A stretch of 60,996 nucleotides of DNA from Kiritimatiellia bacterium (GTDB lineage Bacteria; Verrucomicrobiota; Kiritimatiellia; RFP12; UBA1067), in NCBI GenBank assembly GCA_017542055.1, contig JAFXXW010000007.1:1-60996 (forward strand), written 5' to 3'. Of this stretch, positions 9,569 through 21,860 are shown one piece after another. Each line of letters starts with the position of its first letter. The stretch's first letter is position 1. The notes below the pieces were generated by a model, which saw only the letters and a program-made list of their open reading frames with translations, was not told where the DNA came from and made no database searches. Both the position numbers and the translations under genes were made by a program.

Positions 9569-10666
9569 TTATTTGACTGAAAAACGGAATTCGGTGGAGC
9601 TGCGGTAGACCGCGCCCGCCTTGACGATGGTGCTGGGCCACTGGGGCTTGTTGGGCGAGTCGGGCGCGTGCTGGGTTTCCAGCGCCACGCCGCAGCGGAA
9701 GGACAGGTGTTCGCCGCCCTTCGCGGTCTGGTCGTAGGACGCCCAGTTGGCGGTGTAGACCTGGAGGCACGGCTCGGTGGTGTACACGTCCACGTTGCGT
9801 CCGTTGAGCGGGCAATAGACGCCGCCGGCATACACGAGTCCGCCCGCTCCGCCGGCCATCACGCCCTTGTTGAGCACCCAGTTGTGGTCGTAGCCCTTGC
9901 CGATCTCCAGCTGCTCGTTGCCCTCGTTGATCCGCTCGCCGATGCGCATGCCTTGGCGGAAATCGAACGGCGTGCCGTCCACCCGGGCCATGTCGCCGGT
10001 GGGGATCTGGCCCTTGTCGGTGGGGGTCACGAAGTCGGCGTCGATGGTCATGACGTGATCTTCGATGGTGCCGCCGGCCTCGCCCTTGAAGTTGAAATAG
10101 ACGTGCTGGGTCATGTTGATGGGCGTGTCCTGGTCGGGGACGGCCTCGTAGTCCACGCGCCAGATGTTGTCCTTGGTGACGGTGTAGGTCACCTTCACCT
10201 CCACCTTGCCGGGGAAGCCCTCGTCGCCGTCGGGCGAGGTGTGGGTGAAGACTACGCCCACGTCGTCGCCGCGCACGAACGGTTCCGCGCCCCAGACGTA
10301 CGCGTTCCAGCCGCGATCGCCGCCATGCAGGTTGCAGCCGATGCCGCCGGGGGCGTTGTTGAGCGCGGGGAGTTTATACTCCACGCCGTTAAGGGTGAAC
10401 TTGCCGGCGGCGATACGATTGCCGTAGCGACCGATGATGCAGCCCCAGTAGGGGTCTCCGTTGTCCCAGCCGGCGGGGGAATCGAAGCCCACCACCACGT
10501 CTTTCAGCTTGCCTTCGCGGTCGGCCGTGAAGAGCTTCACCACCTTGCCGCCGTAGTCGCTCACCTCCAGCACCATTCCGCCGGCGCCGTTAAGCGTGAA
10601 TTTGCGGGCCTTTTCGCCGTATTTGGTTACGCCGAAGTCGCTTACCGTGTAATTTGGGGTTGCCAT
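9569..10666 (-). CDS. galM: Aldose 1-epimerase (galactose mutarotase)
   Basis: NLHGGDRGW, GKGYDHNWVL and ALETQHAPDSPN motifs of the aldose-1-epimerase family. A GGAG Shine-Dalgarno lies upstream. Confidence 0.8.
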   Translation of the reverse strand: MATPNYTVSDFGVTKYGEKARKFTLNGAGGMVLEVSDYGGKVVKLFTADREGKLKDVVVGFDSPAGWDNGDPYWGCIIGRYGNRIAAGKFTLNGVEYKLPALNNAPGGIGCNLHGGDRGWNAYVWGAEPFVRGDDVGVVFTHTSPDGDEGFPGKVEVKVTYTVTKDNIWRVDYEAVPDQDTPINMTQHVYFNFKGEAGGTIEDHVMTIDADFVTPTDKGQIPTGDMARVDGTPFDFRQGMRIGERINEGNEQLEIGKGYDHNWVLNKGVMAGGAGGLVYAGGVYCPLNGRNVDVYTTEPCLQVYTANWASYDQTAKGGEHLSFRCGVALETQHAPDSPNKPQWPSTIVKAGAVYRSSTEFRFSVK

Positions 10667-10679
10667 GTTGACTCCTTTT

Positions 10680-11906
10680 TTATTCGTATCGCAAACAATC
10701 GATTGGGTTTAGTTTACTGGCGCGGTATGCCGGATAAAATCCGAAAAACATGCCGACAAACGCCGAAAATCCGAAAGAAAAGACGGCCGAAGAGGCCTCG
10801 ATGACGATCGGCCAGTGCTTGACCGCGCCGATAAGCTCGGCCACGCCCACGCCCAACGCCACGCCCAGGATGCCGCCTACCGTCGAGAGCACCATCGACT
10901 CGAGCAGGAACTGGGTGAGAATCATGAACGGCGTGGCTCCGATGGCCATCCTAAGCCCGATCTCCTTGATGCGCTCGGTCACCGACACCAGCATGATGTT
11001 CATGATGCCGATGCCGCCCACCAGAAGCGAAATGGCGGCCACCACCGTGAGCAGCACCGTCATGAGCCCCGTGACCGAACCGATCGTATTCATGATTTCG
11101 GTGGTGTCGCGGGTTTCGAAATCGTCGTCCTGGTAGTCGGCCAGCTTGTGGCGTTGGCGCAACAAGGCGGAAATCTCCTCCTTGGCCTCGTCGAGATCGT
11201 CCATGTCGTAAAGCGAAATGTTCATCATATTGATGGACTTGAAGGCCGACCCCTGCAGCACCCGCGAAACGGTGGTGTAGGGCGCCATCACCGTATCGTC
11301 CTGGTCGTCGCCCCAGTTGTTGGCACCCTTCTGGTCCAGCACGCCCACCACCTTGAACGCCATGTTCTTGACCCGGATGGTCTGGCCCACCGGGTCTTCG
11401 TCGGCGAACAGGTTGGACGCCACCGTCCCGCCGATCACGCACACCCGCGAGGCCCGGCGCTCCTCCTGCTCGTTGAAGAACCGGCCGTCCTTCATCGTCC
11501 AGTTCTTGATGTCGGGAAAATCGGTGCTCACCCCTTGCACGCGCGTGGACCAGTTCTTGTTCTGGTACATCAGCTGGCAGGCGGCGTTGACCTGGGGAGA
11601 GGCGAACTCCACCAGATGCGGCAGTTCCCGCTTGATGGCCACCACGTCTTCGGCCGTCATGGTCTGGCCGCCGCCCAGTCCCTGATGGACCGCCCCGGCC
11701 TGCTTGCGCTCGGGGAACACCATCAAAAGGTTGTTGCCCATCTGGCTAATCTCCGCCACCATCATGGCGCTGGCGCCCTTGCCGATTGCCAAAACCGCGA
11801 TGACCGCCGCGATGCCGAAAATGATGCCGAGGCACGTCAGGAGCGAACGCGTCTTGTTGCGGAAGATGGCGAGCACCGCCACTTTGAAAATCATGGCCAG
11901 GCTCAT
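10680..11906 (-). CDS. MacB/FtsX-type ABC transporter permease
   Basis: N-terminal TM, a large periplasmic domain, then three C-terminal TMs ending FYPAYRASKLNPIDCLRYE, which is typical of MacB/LolCE permeases. Confidence 0.85.
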   Translation of the reverse strand: MSLAMIFKVAVLAIFRNKTRSLLTCLGIIFGIAAVIAVLAIGKGASAMMVAEISQMGNNLLMVFPERKQAGAVHQGLGGGQTMTAEDVVAIKRELPHLVEFASPQVNAACQLMYQNKNWSTRVQGVSTDFPDIKNWTMKDGRFFNEQEERRASRVCVIGGTVASNLFADEDPVGQTIRVKNMAFKVVGVLDQKGANNWGDDQDDTVMAPYTTVSRVLQGSAFKSINMMNISLYDMDDLDEAKEEISALLRQRHKLADYQDDDFETRDTTEIMNTIGSVTGLMTVLLTVVAAISLLVGGIGIMNIMLVSVTERIKEIGLRMAIGATPFMILTQFLLESMVLSTVGGILGVALGVGVAELIGAVKHWPIVIEASSAVFSFGFSAFVGMFFGFYPAYRASKLNPIDCLRYE

Positions 11907-12601
11907 GACGCCGCCTCCCGCTTGTCGTCCCGGACGATATGGCCGTCCTTCATGAGCAGATGGCGGCCGGCGAACGCGGCGATGTCGTCCTCGTGCGTCA
12001 CCATGACGATGGTGATACCCTCCTTGGACAGCTCGGTGAAAAGGTTCATGATCTCCACCGAAGACTTGGTGTCGAGGTTGCCGGTAGGTTCGTCGGCGAA
12101 GAGCACCGGCGGCTCGTTCATGAGCGCCCGGGCGATCGCCACGCGCTGCTGCTGGCCGCCCGAAAGCTGCGCGGGCGTATGCGTGCCGCGTCCGCCCAGC
12201 CCCACGCGTTTCAAGAGCTCCAACGCCCGACGGCGCCGCTGCTTGCGCGTGAGCCGGCCCATGTACAGATCCGGCAGCTCCACGTTCTCGATGGCGCTGG
12301 TGCGCGGCAGCAGGTTGAAGTTCTGGAAGACGAAGCCCAGCTTGTGGTTGCGGATGTGCGCCAGTTCCGTGCGCGAACGTCCCGCCACCTCCACGCCGTC
12401 CAGCAGATACGTGCCTTGGGTCGGCGTGTCGAGACAGCCCAGGATATTGAGCATCGTGGACTTGCCCGATCCGGACGCGCCCATGATGGCCACGAATTCG
12501 CCCTCGTCGATGGAGAGCGAAACGCCGTCGAGCGCGCGCACCGGCTCTTCGCCTTGCGCGTAGATTTTGGACAAATCCCTTATCTCGATGAGATGGCTCA
12601 T
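11903..12601 (-). CDS. ABC transporter ATP-binding protein (MacB/LolD type)
   Basis: ORF 11903..13888 trimmed to MSHLIEIRDL. Walker A GASGSGKST, signature LSGGQQQR, Walker B VLFADEPTGNLD. ATGA overlaps on both sides. Confidence 0.9.
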   Translation of the reverse strand: MSHLIEIRDLSKIYAQGEEPVRALDGVSLSIDEGEFVAIMGASGSGKSTMLNILGCLDTPTQGTYLLDGVEVAGRSRTELAHIRNHKLGFVFQNFNLLPRTSAIENVELPDLYMGRLTRKQRRRRALELLKRVGLGGRGTHTPAQLSGGQQQRVAIARALMNEPPVLFADEPTGNLDTKSSVEIMNLFTELSKEGITIVMVTHEDDIAAFAGRHLLMKDGHIVRDDKREAAS

Positions 12602-13776
12602 TGCTTGGGGGCGGGGGCGGTACCTTTGTTCTTGCCGCGTTGCGGAGGCTTGGGCATGAAAGGATTGCTGGCGGCGTCGGCCGACTTGACGTTGCCGGTT
12701 TCGTAGCCGATGGCCACCAACCGGCCTTCCAGCGAATCGTCCTTCACCTGCGTGAACGAGGCGTCGCTGGCGCCGAATTCGGGCTGGACGGCCTCGATGT
12801 CGCCGTCCTCCTTGACCAGCCAGATTTTCTTGCCGCGCAACTCGGTGCTCTTGTCCTTGGGCCGGAAACGGAAAGCCGCCTGGGTGACCGCCAACGCGTC
12901 GTCGGCGCGGTCGGTCTCGATGGCCAGCGTGACGGTCATGCCGGGAAACAGCTTCTCGTCCCGGTTGACCGCCTCCACGATGATGGGATAGGTGACCACG
13001 TTGTTGGTGGTGGAGGAGCTGATGCGCACCTGCTTGACGACCCCGGTAAAGCGGTCGCGATAGGCGTCGGCCGTGAACGTCACCTGCTGGCCCTCGCGAA
13101 TCTCGCCCACGTCCGCCTCCGGCACCGAGGCCTCGATCCAGATGGTTTTGAGATCTTCGGCGATGGTCAAAAGCCCCACCGCGTTCATCGACGAGACGAC
13201 CGTCTGCCCTTCGTCCACCGAACGCGTGATCACCACTCCGTTGACGGGACTGACGATGGTGCAGTAGTCCAGATTGGCTTGGGCCTGGCTGACCGACGCC
13301 TTGGACTGTTCGACCGACGCCTTGGCGGCCGCCAGCTGGGCCACCGCGCTGTCCCGCGCCTCGATGGCCGAATCGAGATCCGCCTCCGAGCACGACATCG
13401 ACTCGCGCAGTTTCTGCTTGCGGGCCAAGGTCTTTTCCGCATAGGCGAGCGTGGCTTCGCGCAACATCACGTTGGCCTCGTTCTGGTGCAATTGCGCCAC
13501 CGCGCTGTCGTAGTTGGCCCGGTAGACCAAAGGATCGATTTCCGCCACCACCTGGCCGTTGGTGACCACCGAATTGTAGTCCACGTACAGCTTGACGATC
13601 TTGCCGTTCACCTGCGCGCCCACTTCCACCTTCTTGATGGGCGTGACCGTGCCGGTGGCCTCGACGGTGGAAACGATGTCGGTGCGGCTGATGGGTGCGG
13701 TCTTGTAGACCGGTGCCTTTTCCTTGGGCGCGCCGAACAGCGACAACGCCAGAAGTGACGCCACGATCGGATTCAT
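12598..13776 (-). CDS. HlyD/MacA-family periplasmic efflux adaptor
   Basis: N-terminal anchor, coiled-coil hairpin segment (AQLHQNEANV...AKASVEQSKASVSQAQANLDY) and a beta-barrel/MP domain layout. Confidence 0.8.
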   Translation of the reverse strand: MNPIVASLLALSLFGAPKEKAPVYKTAPISRTDIVSTVEATGTVTPIKKVEVGAQVNGKIVKLYVDYNSVVTNGQVVAEIDPLVYRANYDSAVAQLHQNEANVMLREATLAYAEKTLARKQKLRESMSCSEADLDSAIEARDSAVAQLAAAKASVEQSKASVSQAQANLDYCTIVSPVNGVVITRSVDEGQTVVSSMNAVGLLTIAEDLKTIWIEASVPEADVGEIREGQQVTFTADAYRDRFTGVVKQVRISSSTTNNVVTYPIIVEAVNRDEKLFPGMTVTLAIETDRADDALAVTQAAFRFRPKDKSTELRGKKIWLVKEDGDIEAVQPEFGASDASFTQVKDDSLEGRLVAIGYETGNVKSADAASNPFMPKPPQRGKNKGTAPAPKQ

Positions 13777-15197
13777 TGTTCCACCTCCTCGAATTCATAG
13801 ACCGGATCCACGCCCAGATAGCGGTAAAGTTTGGCCTCGGCCACTTGCTCGGCGTAGAAATTCTGCACCTTGTCGCCCATCGCGGCAATCAAGGTGTTGA
13901 CGGCGTCGGCATATTCCAGCTGGGTGCATTCGCCCACCATGTACTGCTGCGAAACCACGTCGAAATTCTCCTTGGCCGCCCGATAGGTGGCTTCCGCCGA
14001 TTCGCACGCCACCCGGGCGTCGTCGCGGGTGGCCACCGCATCGGCCAACTGCTTGGACAGCTGCTGTTCCGTTTCGTTGACGTTGACGGCCGCGAGCTCC
14101 AGCGCCACCACCGACCGGTCGATGGCGGTGACGTTAGAAAAGCCGGAAAAGAGATTCTGCGTGAGTCCCGCGCCCCAGCTCCACCACCACAGGGGATCCG
14201 TCCAGTTGACCGACCCCGTAAGCGCCAGGCGCGGCATCAGATCGGCCTTGGCCGCATCGACGTTTTTCGAGGCCGCGCGCATTTTGGCCCGGGCGATCTT
14301 CATGCCGGGCGAATTGGTGCTGGCGAATTCGAACGCCTCTTCCAACGTGAAATCGGTCACCGGAAACGCCCGGCGATAGCGGTTGAGCGGATTTTCCATC
14401 GGCTCCAGAATATCGTCGCGGCTGGCCCTGGACGCGTCGAAGCCCATCGCCTTCACGAGCTGGGCGCCGGACGTCTTCACGTTGTCGCGCCGGACCACCA
14501 CCTGTTCGCGGGCCGCCGCCAGATTCTTCTTGGCCTGCAGCAGATCCGACTTCTGGGTTTCGCCCGCCTCCAGCCGGCGTTCGGCCCGTTCCACCTGCAC
14601 CGCGTTGACGTATTCGTTGGTGTGGGCGATCTCCAGCATGGCATCGGCGATGAGCACCTGGAAATACGCTTCCGTAACCTCCTCGAAAATCGTCAGGCAC
14701 TCCTCGAAAAGTCCGAGCTCGCCGGCCACCACCCGTTCGGCCTGCGCCTGGGCCTGCGCCGCGTTGCGTCCCCAGTCCCACACCAGAAGATCGAGCGACA
14801 GCACCGCCGACGCCTTGCCGTGACTGGCGGGTTTGAGTCCGCCATGCGTCTGCCGCGCGCTGGCGTTGTAGCCGGCGGAAAGGTCGGCGGAAAAAGCGTT
14901 CCAGGGCGTGCCGGACAAGACCGGCGCGTTGGCGTCGATTTCCCTGAGTGCGAGTCGGGCGTCCTCCAGCTCGAAATAGCTGGCCATCATCGAAGGCCGG
15001 TTGGTGATGGCCTGCAAGACCAGATCCTCCAGCGTGCATTCGGTGAAATCGACGAACGGCGCCGGATCCCGGCGAAAATCGTCGTTTCCGAGCGGAGCCA
15101 GCTGTTCCTGGACCGTACGGGCGTTGTTCAGGGCCTCGCAACCGGCGGCGACAGCCAGCAAGAGCGCCATTCCCGAAACATATAACGCGTTTCCCAT
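13773..15197 (-). CDS. TolC-family outer-membrane efflux protein
   Basis: ORF 13773..15236. Start set at MGNALYVSG (15197), which avoids overlap with the upstream gene. Signal/lipobox-like AVAAGC. Two-repeat coiled alpha/beta organisation typical of OEP family. Confidence 0.7.
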   Translation of the reverse strand: MGNALYVSGMALLLAVAAGCEALNNARTVQEQLAPLGNDDFRRDPAPFVDFTECTLEDLVLQAITNRPSMMASYFELEDARLALREIDANAPVLSGTPWNAFSADLSAGYNASARQTHGGLKPASHGKASAVLSLDLLVWDWGRNAAQAQAQAERVVAGELGLFEECLTIFEEVTEAYFQVLIADAMLEIAHTNEYVNAVQVERAERRLEAGETQKSDLLQAKKNLAAAREQVVVRRDNVKTSGAQLVKAMGFDASRASRDDILEPMENPLNRYRRAFPVTDFTLEEAFEFASTNSPGMKIARAKMRAASKNVDAAKADLMPRLALTGSVNWTDPLWWWSWGAGLTQNLFSGFSNVTAIDRSVVALELAAVNVNETEQQLSKQLADAVATRDDARVACESAEATYRAAKENFDVVSQQYMVGECTQLEYADAVNTLIAAMGDKVQNFYAEQVAEAKLYRYLGVDPVYEFEEVEQ

Positions 15198-15199
15198 GG

Positions 15200-15873
15200 T
15201 CAGATGTCGATTTTCACGATTTTGCTTATCATCCACCAGCCGAGCACGATGAGCACTATCGTGACCAGCACCGAAATCGCCCCAACTGGCGAGAGGAAAA
15301 ATCCAATCATCATCTCGGGCTTGAGCATCGTCATGATGAGCGCGAGAAATACCGGCATGAGCGACACGATGATGCCCTGCAGCTTGCCTTGCGCCGTCAA
15401 AGTCTTGATCTTGCGCTCGATCTTCATGCGCGCGCGGATGGTATCGGATATCTTGTCGAAGATTTCGGTGACGTTGCCGCCCGTCTTGCGCGAAATGAGA
15501 ATGGCGGTGTTGACCAGAAGCAGATCCTCGCTCCCCACCCGCTCGGTCATCGTCTCCAACGCCTCCTCCATCGACATGCCGACCTTGATGGACTGCACCA
15601 GAATCCGGAATTCGTCCGACAACGGATGCTGGCCGTTCTCAATGACCGACTCGAACGCCTGGTTGATGGAAAGTCCCGCCCTAAGCGCGTTGCTCATGGT
15701 GGCCAGCGCGTCCGGCAACTGGTCGTTGAACCTGGCCCGGCGCCGGTTGTTGAGATGCCGGGCGAGCGGCGACTCCCCCGGCTGCCAGGCGGCGTTGAAC
15801 TTGACTCCGGCCACCAAGTAGTAGACGAGGCCGGCGAACATCGCTCCGGAGAGCAAGGCTATGAGCAATACCA

Positions 15874-15877
<4 letters not shown>
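15200..15877 (-). CDS. TadB/TadC-like platform protein (T2SS-F domain)
   Basis: LPDALATMSNALRAGLSINQAFE...EEALETMTERVG...TGGNV...ARMKIERKIKTLTAQGKLQG matches the GspF/TadB domain. Only one copy is present, and it is short (225 aa). Confidence 0.75.
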
Positions 15878-17513
<1,636 letters not shown>

Positions 17514-17517
<4 letters not shown>

Positions 17518-18314
17518 CTTCTGCGTTCCATCCGGTTGTGGCGAGCCATGTTGAGATCGCCGATCATCGCCTTGATCTTTTCGTAATCCACCGGCGGCAG
17601 CGAAGGCGAGCTGTTGTCGGTGCGGTTGCGCAGCGTGAGCACCAGCCTTCCCTTCATCTGTTCGGCGAAGGCGATCATCTCCGCCTCTTGCGGAGTCACC
17701 TCCAACGTCACCGTCGAATACCCCCGGTTCAGCAATTCGTTTTTGGCGGTAGTCTGGCCGGTGGCCAGCACCAGCACGTTCTGGAGGATGGTGCAGGTTT
17801 CGATGTCGCCCTGCTTGGTCGTTCCGTCCGACTGCTGGAACACGAAGGTCCCGATCACGTCCACATGGTCGTTGGGCTTGATCACGCCCGAAACCGCCGA
17901 CGAGCCAGAGCAGTTGATGGAAATCGCGCGCATTTCCCGCTTGATGTCCCCGGATAGTCCCGTGTCGTGGGGGTTTTCGCATTCCATGTCGCTCCACAAC
18001 AGCACGTCTCCGCGCGAACGGCTGAACGCGATTTTATGCCCCACGATGAAATCGTCCACCTCGCTCTCCATCACCGCCCTCTCGCGCATGCCCGCCTCCG
18101 GCACTTCGATGATGCCTAAGTCCTTCTTGGAGAGCTCGGTTCCGGCGGCCACTTCGTGACGGAGGCACACCACCTCCATCGTGCCGAAACGGCGATCGAA
18201 ATCGGCGCGCCGCTCCTGCAGTATCCGCTCCTTGCCGCCCAGATAGATCTTGGTCAACAGCGCGGCCGCGATACCGGCCACCAGACTCGCCACCAACACG
18301 ATTTTCCTAGGCAT
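17514..18314 (-). CDS. cpaB: CpaB/RcpC-family Flp pilus assembly protein
   Basis: N-terminal TM followed by a SAF-like segment (VVCLRHEVAAGTELSKKDL) and an RcpC-like beta domain. Position is directly upstream of cpaF. Confidence 0.65.
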
Positions 18315-20083
18315 CAGAAGAGTCCTTTCACTTTACCGGTTTCGGTGTCGACGTCGATCCGGCGATAGGCCGGCGACGCCGAAGTGCCGGGCATGAGTTT
18401 GATTTCGCCGGCCACCGGCACGATCAACCCCGCCCCCTGGTAGATCAGCACGTCGCGCACCGGCATGCGCCAGCCTTTTGGCCGGCCCAGCAGCTTGGGA
18501 TCGTGCGAAAGCGAATATTGCGTCTTGGCGCAGCAGATGGGGAGCCGGGCGGTTTCCGGATCGGACTGGAACCGCTCCAGTTTCTCCAGCGCGGCCGGCT
18601 CGAAGTCCACGCCGTCGCCGCCATACACCTCCTTGACCTGCTTCTCGATTCGATCCTTGAGCGGCTCGTCGAGGTCGCACAGATACCGGAAGGAATTGGG
18701 CTCGTCGCACGCGGCGATCACCGCCCGCGCCAACTCCTCCGCGCCCTCGCCGCCCTTTAGCCAATGGTCGGAAACCGCAAACCGCGCACCCGCCCCCTCG
18801 GCCACCTTGCGCACCAGGTCGCGCTCGGCCTGGGTGTCGGTGTAGAAGGAGTTGAGACACACCACCGGCTGGATTCCCGCCTTGCGGATGATGTCGATAT
18901 GCGCCAAGAGGTTTTCGCAGCCTTTTTCGAGCAGTTCCAGGTTTTCCGTGCTGTAAACGGGGTCGAGCGGCAATCCCGCCTTGACCGCCGGCGCCCCGCC
19001 ATGCGCCTTGAGCGCCCGAACCGTCGCCACCAGCACCACCGCGTCCGGCTTGAGACCCGAGCAGCGGCACTTGATGTTCCAGAACTTTTCAAATCCCATA
19101 TCCGAAGCGAATCCGCTTTCCGTCACCACGTAGTCGCCAAGCGCGCAAGCCAGCTTGTCGGCCACCACCGAATTCTGTCCGATGGCGATATTGGCGAACG
19201 GTCCCGCGTGCACGAACATCGGCTGTCCCTCCAGCGACTGCATCAGCGTGGGCTTGATGGCGTTGACCATGATGGCGCACATGGCTCCGTCCACCTCGAG
19301 ATCGCGCGTCGTGACCGGCTTGCCGGACTTGGAATAGGCTACGATTATCCGCCCCAGCCGCTCGCGCAAATCCTTTAGATCCGACGACATCGCGAGAATC
19401 GCCATCACCTCCGACGCCACCGAAATGTAGAAACCGGACTCGCAGTTGAAGCCATCCAGCTTGCCGCCCCGACCGATTTCGATGTTCCGCAATCCCTGCG
19501 CGCAGAGATCCATCGCCCAACGGAACTGGATCCGCGCCGGATCGATATCGAGCCGCTTGAGTCCCCGCTCCGCCAGCCACGCGTCGTCGTGGTTGCGTTC
19601 GTGCTGCATGCGGGAATTGAGCGCCACCATCGCGATATTGTTGGCGTTGGTGATGGCGTCCATATCGCCCGTAAGCCCCAGCGAAAGCGAAGTGAGCGGC
19701 ACCACCTGCGCCAATCCGCCGCCCGCCGCCGAGCCCTTGATGTTGAAGGTGGGCCCGCCCGAAGGCTGCCGCACGCAGCCGATCACCTTCTTGCCCAGGC
19801 GCCCGAGGCCCTCCACCAGTCCCAGCGTGGTGGTGGTCTTGCCTTCGCCCAACGCGGTAGGCGTGATGGCGGTGACGTCGATATACTTGCCCTTGCGACC
19901 TTCGCCCACGCGGCGCAGCACCTTGGTCATGTCCACCTTGGCGAGCACCCGTCCGTAAGGCGTCCACTCGTCCTCCTTGAGCCCCAATTCGGCCACGAGG
20001 TCGCCGATCGGCCTCAAACCGTTGTCCTCCGCCGCTTCGGCGATCTGCCAGTCCTTCATCTTCGTCGGGTCGAGTTTGATCAT
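18314..20083 (-). CDS. fhs: Formate--tetrahydrofolate ligase
   Basis: 589 aa with the P-loop-like [16 protein letters not shown] and a full-length FTHFS pattern ([17 protein letters not shown]...). Confidence 0.95.
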   Translation of the reverse strand: MIKLDPTKMKDWQIAEAAEDNGLRPIGDLVAELGLKEDEWTPYGRVLAKVDMTKVLRRVGEGRKGKYIDVTAITPTALGEGKTTTTLGLVEGLGRLGKKVIGCVRQPSGGPTFNIKGSAAGGGLAQVVPLTSLSLGLTGDMDAITNANNIAMVALNSRMQHERNHDDAWLAERGLKRLDIDPARIQFRWAMDLCAQGLRNIEIGRGGKLDGFNCESGFYISVASEVMAILAMSSDLKDLRERLGRIIVAYSKSGKPVTTRDLEVDGAMCAIMVNAIKPTLMQSLEGQPMFVHAGPFANIAIGQNSVVADKLACALGDYVVTESGFASDMGFEKFWNIKCRCSGLKPDAVVLVATVRALKAHGGAPAVKAGLPLDPVYSTENLELLEKGCENLLAHIDIIRKAGIQPVVCLNSFYTDTQAERDLVRKVAEGAGARFAVSDHWLKGGEGAEELARAVIAACDEPNSFRYLCDLDEPLKDRIEKQVKEVYGGDGVDFEPAALEKLERFQSDPETARLPICCAKTQYSLSHDPKLLGRPKGWRMPVRDVLIYQGAGLIVPVAGEIKLMPGTSASPAYRRIDVDTETGKVKGLF

Positions 20084-21045
20084 ATCCCCACCGCCTTTCT
20101 GACTTTTTCCATTGTCGGAGCGGCTGCCGTCTGCGCGCGCCGCTTGCCTTCGTTCAAAACGTCTTCCACGTAGTCCGGATCCCGGGCCAACGCCTCGCGC
20201 TTTTCCCGGAAAGGATCGAACACGCGATGATACGCCTCCAAGAGCGCCTTCTTCGCGTGACCGTAGCCGTAGCCGCCCTTGCGGTAATTATCGGCCATCG
20301 TCGACACTTCCTCGGGCGTCGCGAAAAGCTTGTAGAGCTCGTAGATGGAATTCCCCTCCGGAACCTTGGGCGATTCCATCGGCGTGGAGTCGGTCACGAT
20401 GCCCATCACCTTCTTCTTGATCGACTTGGCGTCCTCGAAGAGCTCAATCGTGTTGTGGTAGCTCTTGCTCATCTTCTGTCCGTCCGTCCCCGGAATGAGC
20501 GCCACCTGTTCCGGAATGTACGCGTCTGGCAGTTTGAAGATCTCGCCGTAGGCGTTGTTGAACTTCTGCGCAAGATCGCGCGTCACCTCCAGATGCTGCT
20601 TCTGGTCCTTCCCCACCGGCACCAAGTCGGAATTCATGATGAGAATATCGGCCGCCATCAGCACCGGATAGGCGAAGAGCCCGTGCGTGGCGTCGAAACC
20701 GTGCGCCATCTTGTCCTTGTAGCTGTGGCAGCGCTCCAAGAGTCCCATCGGGCAGAGGCACGACAGATACCATGCCAGTTCCTGCACCTCCGGCAGGTCC
20801 GACTGGCGATAGAGCACCGTCTTTTCCGGGTCCATCCCGCACGCGAGATAGTCCAGCACCACGTCGCGCGTGGAAGCCCGCAGCGCCGCGCCGTCCCGCA
20901 CCGTAGTCATCGCGTGGAAGTTGGCGATGAACATGAACATGTCCTCGCCCGCGTTCTGCAGCTCCACCATATTGCGGATGGCTCCGAAATAGTTGCCCCA
21001 GTGCAATTTGCCCGATGGCTGGATGCCCGTAAGGATTCGCTTCAT
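20080..21045 (-). CDS. trpS: Tryptophan--tRNA ligase
   Basis: ORF 20080..21762 trimmed to [19 protein letters not shown] (HIGH-type motif). KMSKS motif present (GQKMSKSY). Confidence 0.95.
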   Translation of the reverse strand: MKRILTGIQPSGKLHWGNYFGAIRNMVELQNAGEDMFMFIANFHAMTTVRDGAALRASTRDVVLDYLACGMDPEKTVLYRQSDLPEVQELAWYLSCLCPMGLLERCHSYKDKMAHGFDATHGLFAYPVLMAADILIMNSDLVPVGKDQKQHLEVTRDLAQKFNNAYGEIFKLPDAYIPEQVALIPGTDGQKMSKSYHNTIELFEDAKSIKKKVMGIVTDSTPMESPKVPEGNSIYELYKLFATPEEVSTMADNYRKGGYGYGHAKKALLEAYHRVFDPFREKREALARDPDYVEDVLNEGKRRAQTAAAPTMEKVRKAVGI

Positions 21046-21860
21046 TCGTTTTCTCCCAAAATCACCCGCGTGTAGATGCCGCTCGGGCACTTGTCGCCCA
21101 ACAGCATCTCGCCGCTTTCCAGCCGGGCTTCCGGCCACAGCTGACCCAAAATATTCTCCGACACCTTGACGCTCAAGCCCGGCGTGTGCGACGAAAAGAG
21201 CACGAAGGCGGGAGTCGCGGACAACAGCTCCTTCACCAGAGCCAAGGTCTCCTTCAAATCGCGCTCGATCTTGTACGTTTCGCCGTTCGCTCCCCGTCCG
21301 AACGTGGGCGGATCGAGAATGATCGCGTCGTACTTGCGTCCGCGCCGCAACTCCCGGCGCATGAACTTGTGCGCGTCGTCCACGATCCACCGGACCGGCC
21401 GCTCCGCCAAATCGTTGAGTCTCGCGTTTTCCCGCGCCCACTCCACCATGCCCTTGCTGGCGTCGAGGTGGCACGTCTCCGCCCCCGCCTTGAGACAGGC
21501 CATCGTCGACCCGCCCGAATAGGCGAAAAGATTGAGCGCCGTCTTGAACTTGCGGCCCATGATCCAACGCCACTGCTCGCGCTGCTCGGGGAAAATCCCG
21601 AGATGCCCGAAATCGGTTCCGCCCAACCGGAACTTGATGCCGCACGTTTCGATCGTCCATTCCTTGGGGAGATTGGCCCTGCCGTGCCAGTTGTTGCCGT
21701 CTTCCCGGTCGAAACTTGCGTCCGCCTGGTCCCATTCGGACTTGGGCAACTCCGGCCGCCACATCGCCTGCGAACAGGGCCGCGCGAGCACATACCGGCC
21801 GAACCGCTCGAGCTTGCGCCCGTCGCCGCTGTCCAAAAGCCGGTAGTCCTCTCTCGTCAT
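21042..21860 (-). CDS. Class I SAM-dependent methyltransferase (RlmI/RlmK-like, no PUA domain)
   Basis: ORF 21042..22367 trimmed to MTREDYRLLDSGDGRKLERFG. Contains NLFAYSGGST (SAM motif I) and ILDPPTFGRG (motif IV-like). Confidence 0.6.
   Translation of the reverse strand: MTREDYRLLDSGDGRKLERFGRYVLARPCSQAMWRPELPKSEWDQADASFDREDGNNWHGRANLPKEWTIETCGIKFRLGGTDFGHLGIFPEQREQWRWIMGRKFKTALNLFAYSGGSTMACLKAGAETCHLDASKGMVEWARENARLNDLAERPVRWIVDDAHKFMRRELRRGRKYDAIILDPPTFGRGANGETYKIERDLKETLALVKELLSATPAFVLFSSHTPGLSVKVSENILGQLWPEARLESGEMLLGDKCPSGIYTRVILGENE

Noticed and set aside
11903-13888. Very long minus-strand ORFs that appear to fuse two genes (also 15874..17997, 20080..21762, 21042..22367, 39099..40958, 41121..42494, 46719..48980, 50518..52440, 52520..53851, 58505..60169)
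   Set aside because: In each case the recognisable protein starts at an internal ATG that overlaps the stop of the upstream gene. The N-terminal extension is an out-of-frame read-through of that upstream gene, with Arg/Gly-rich nonsense translation.
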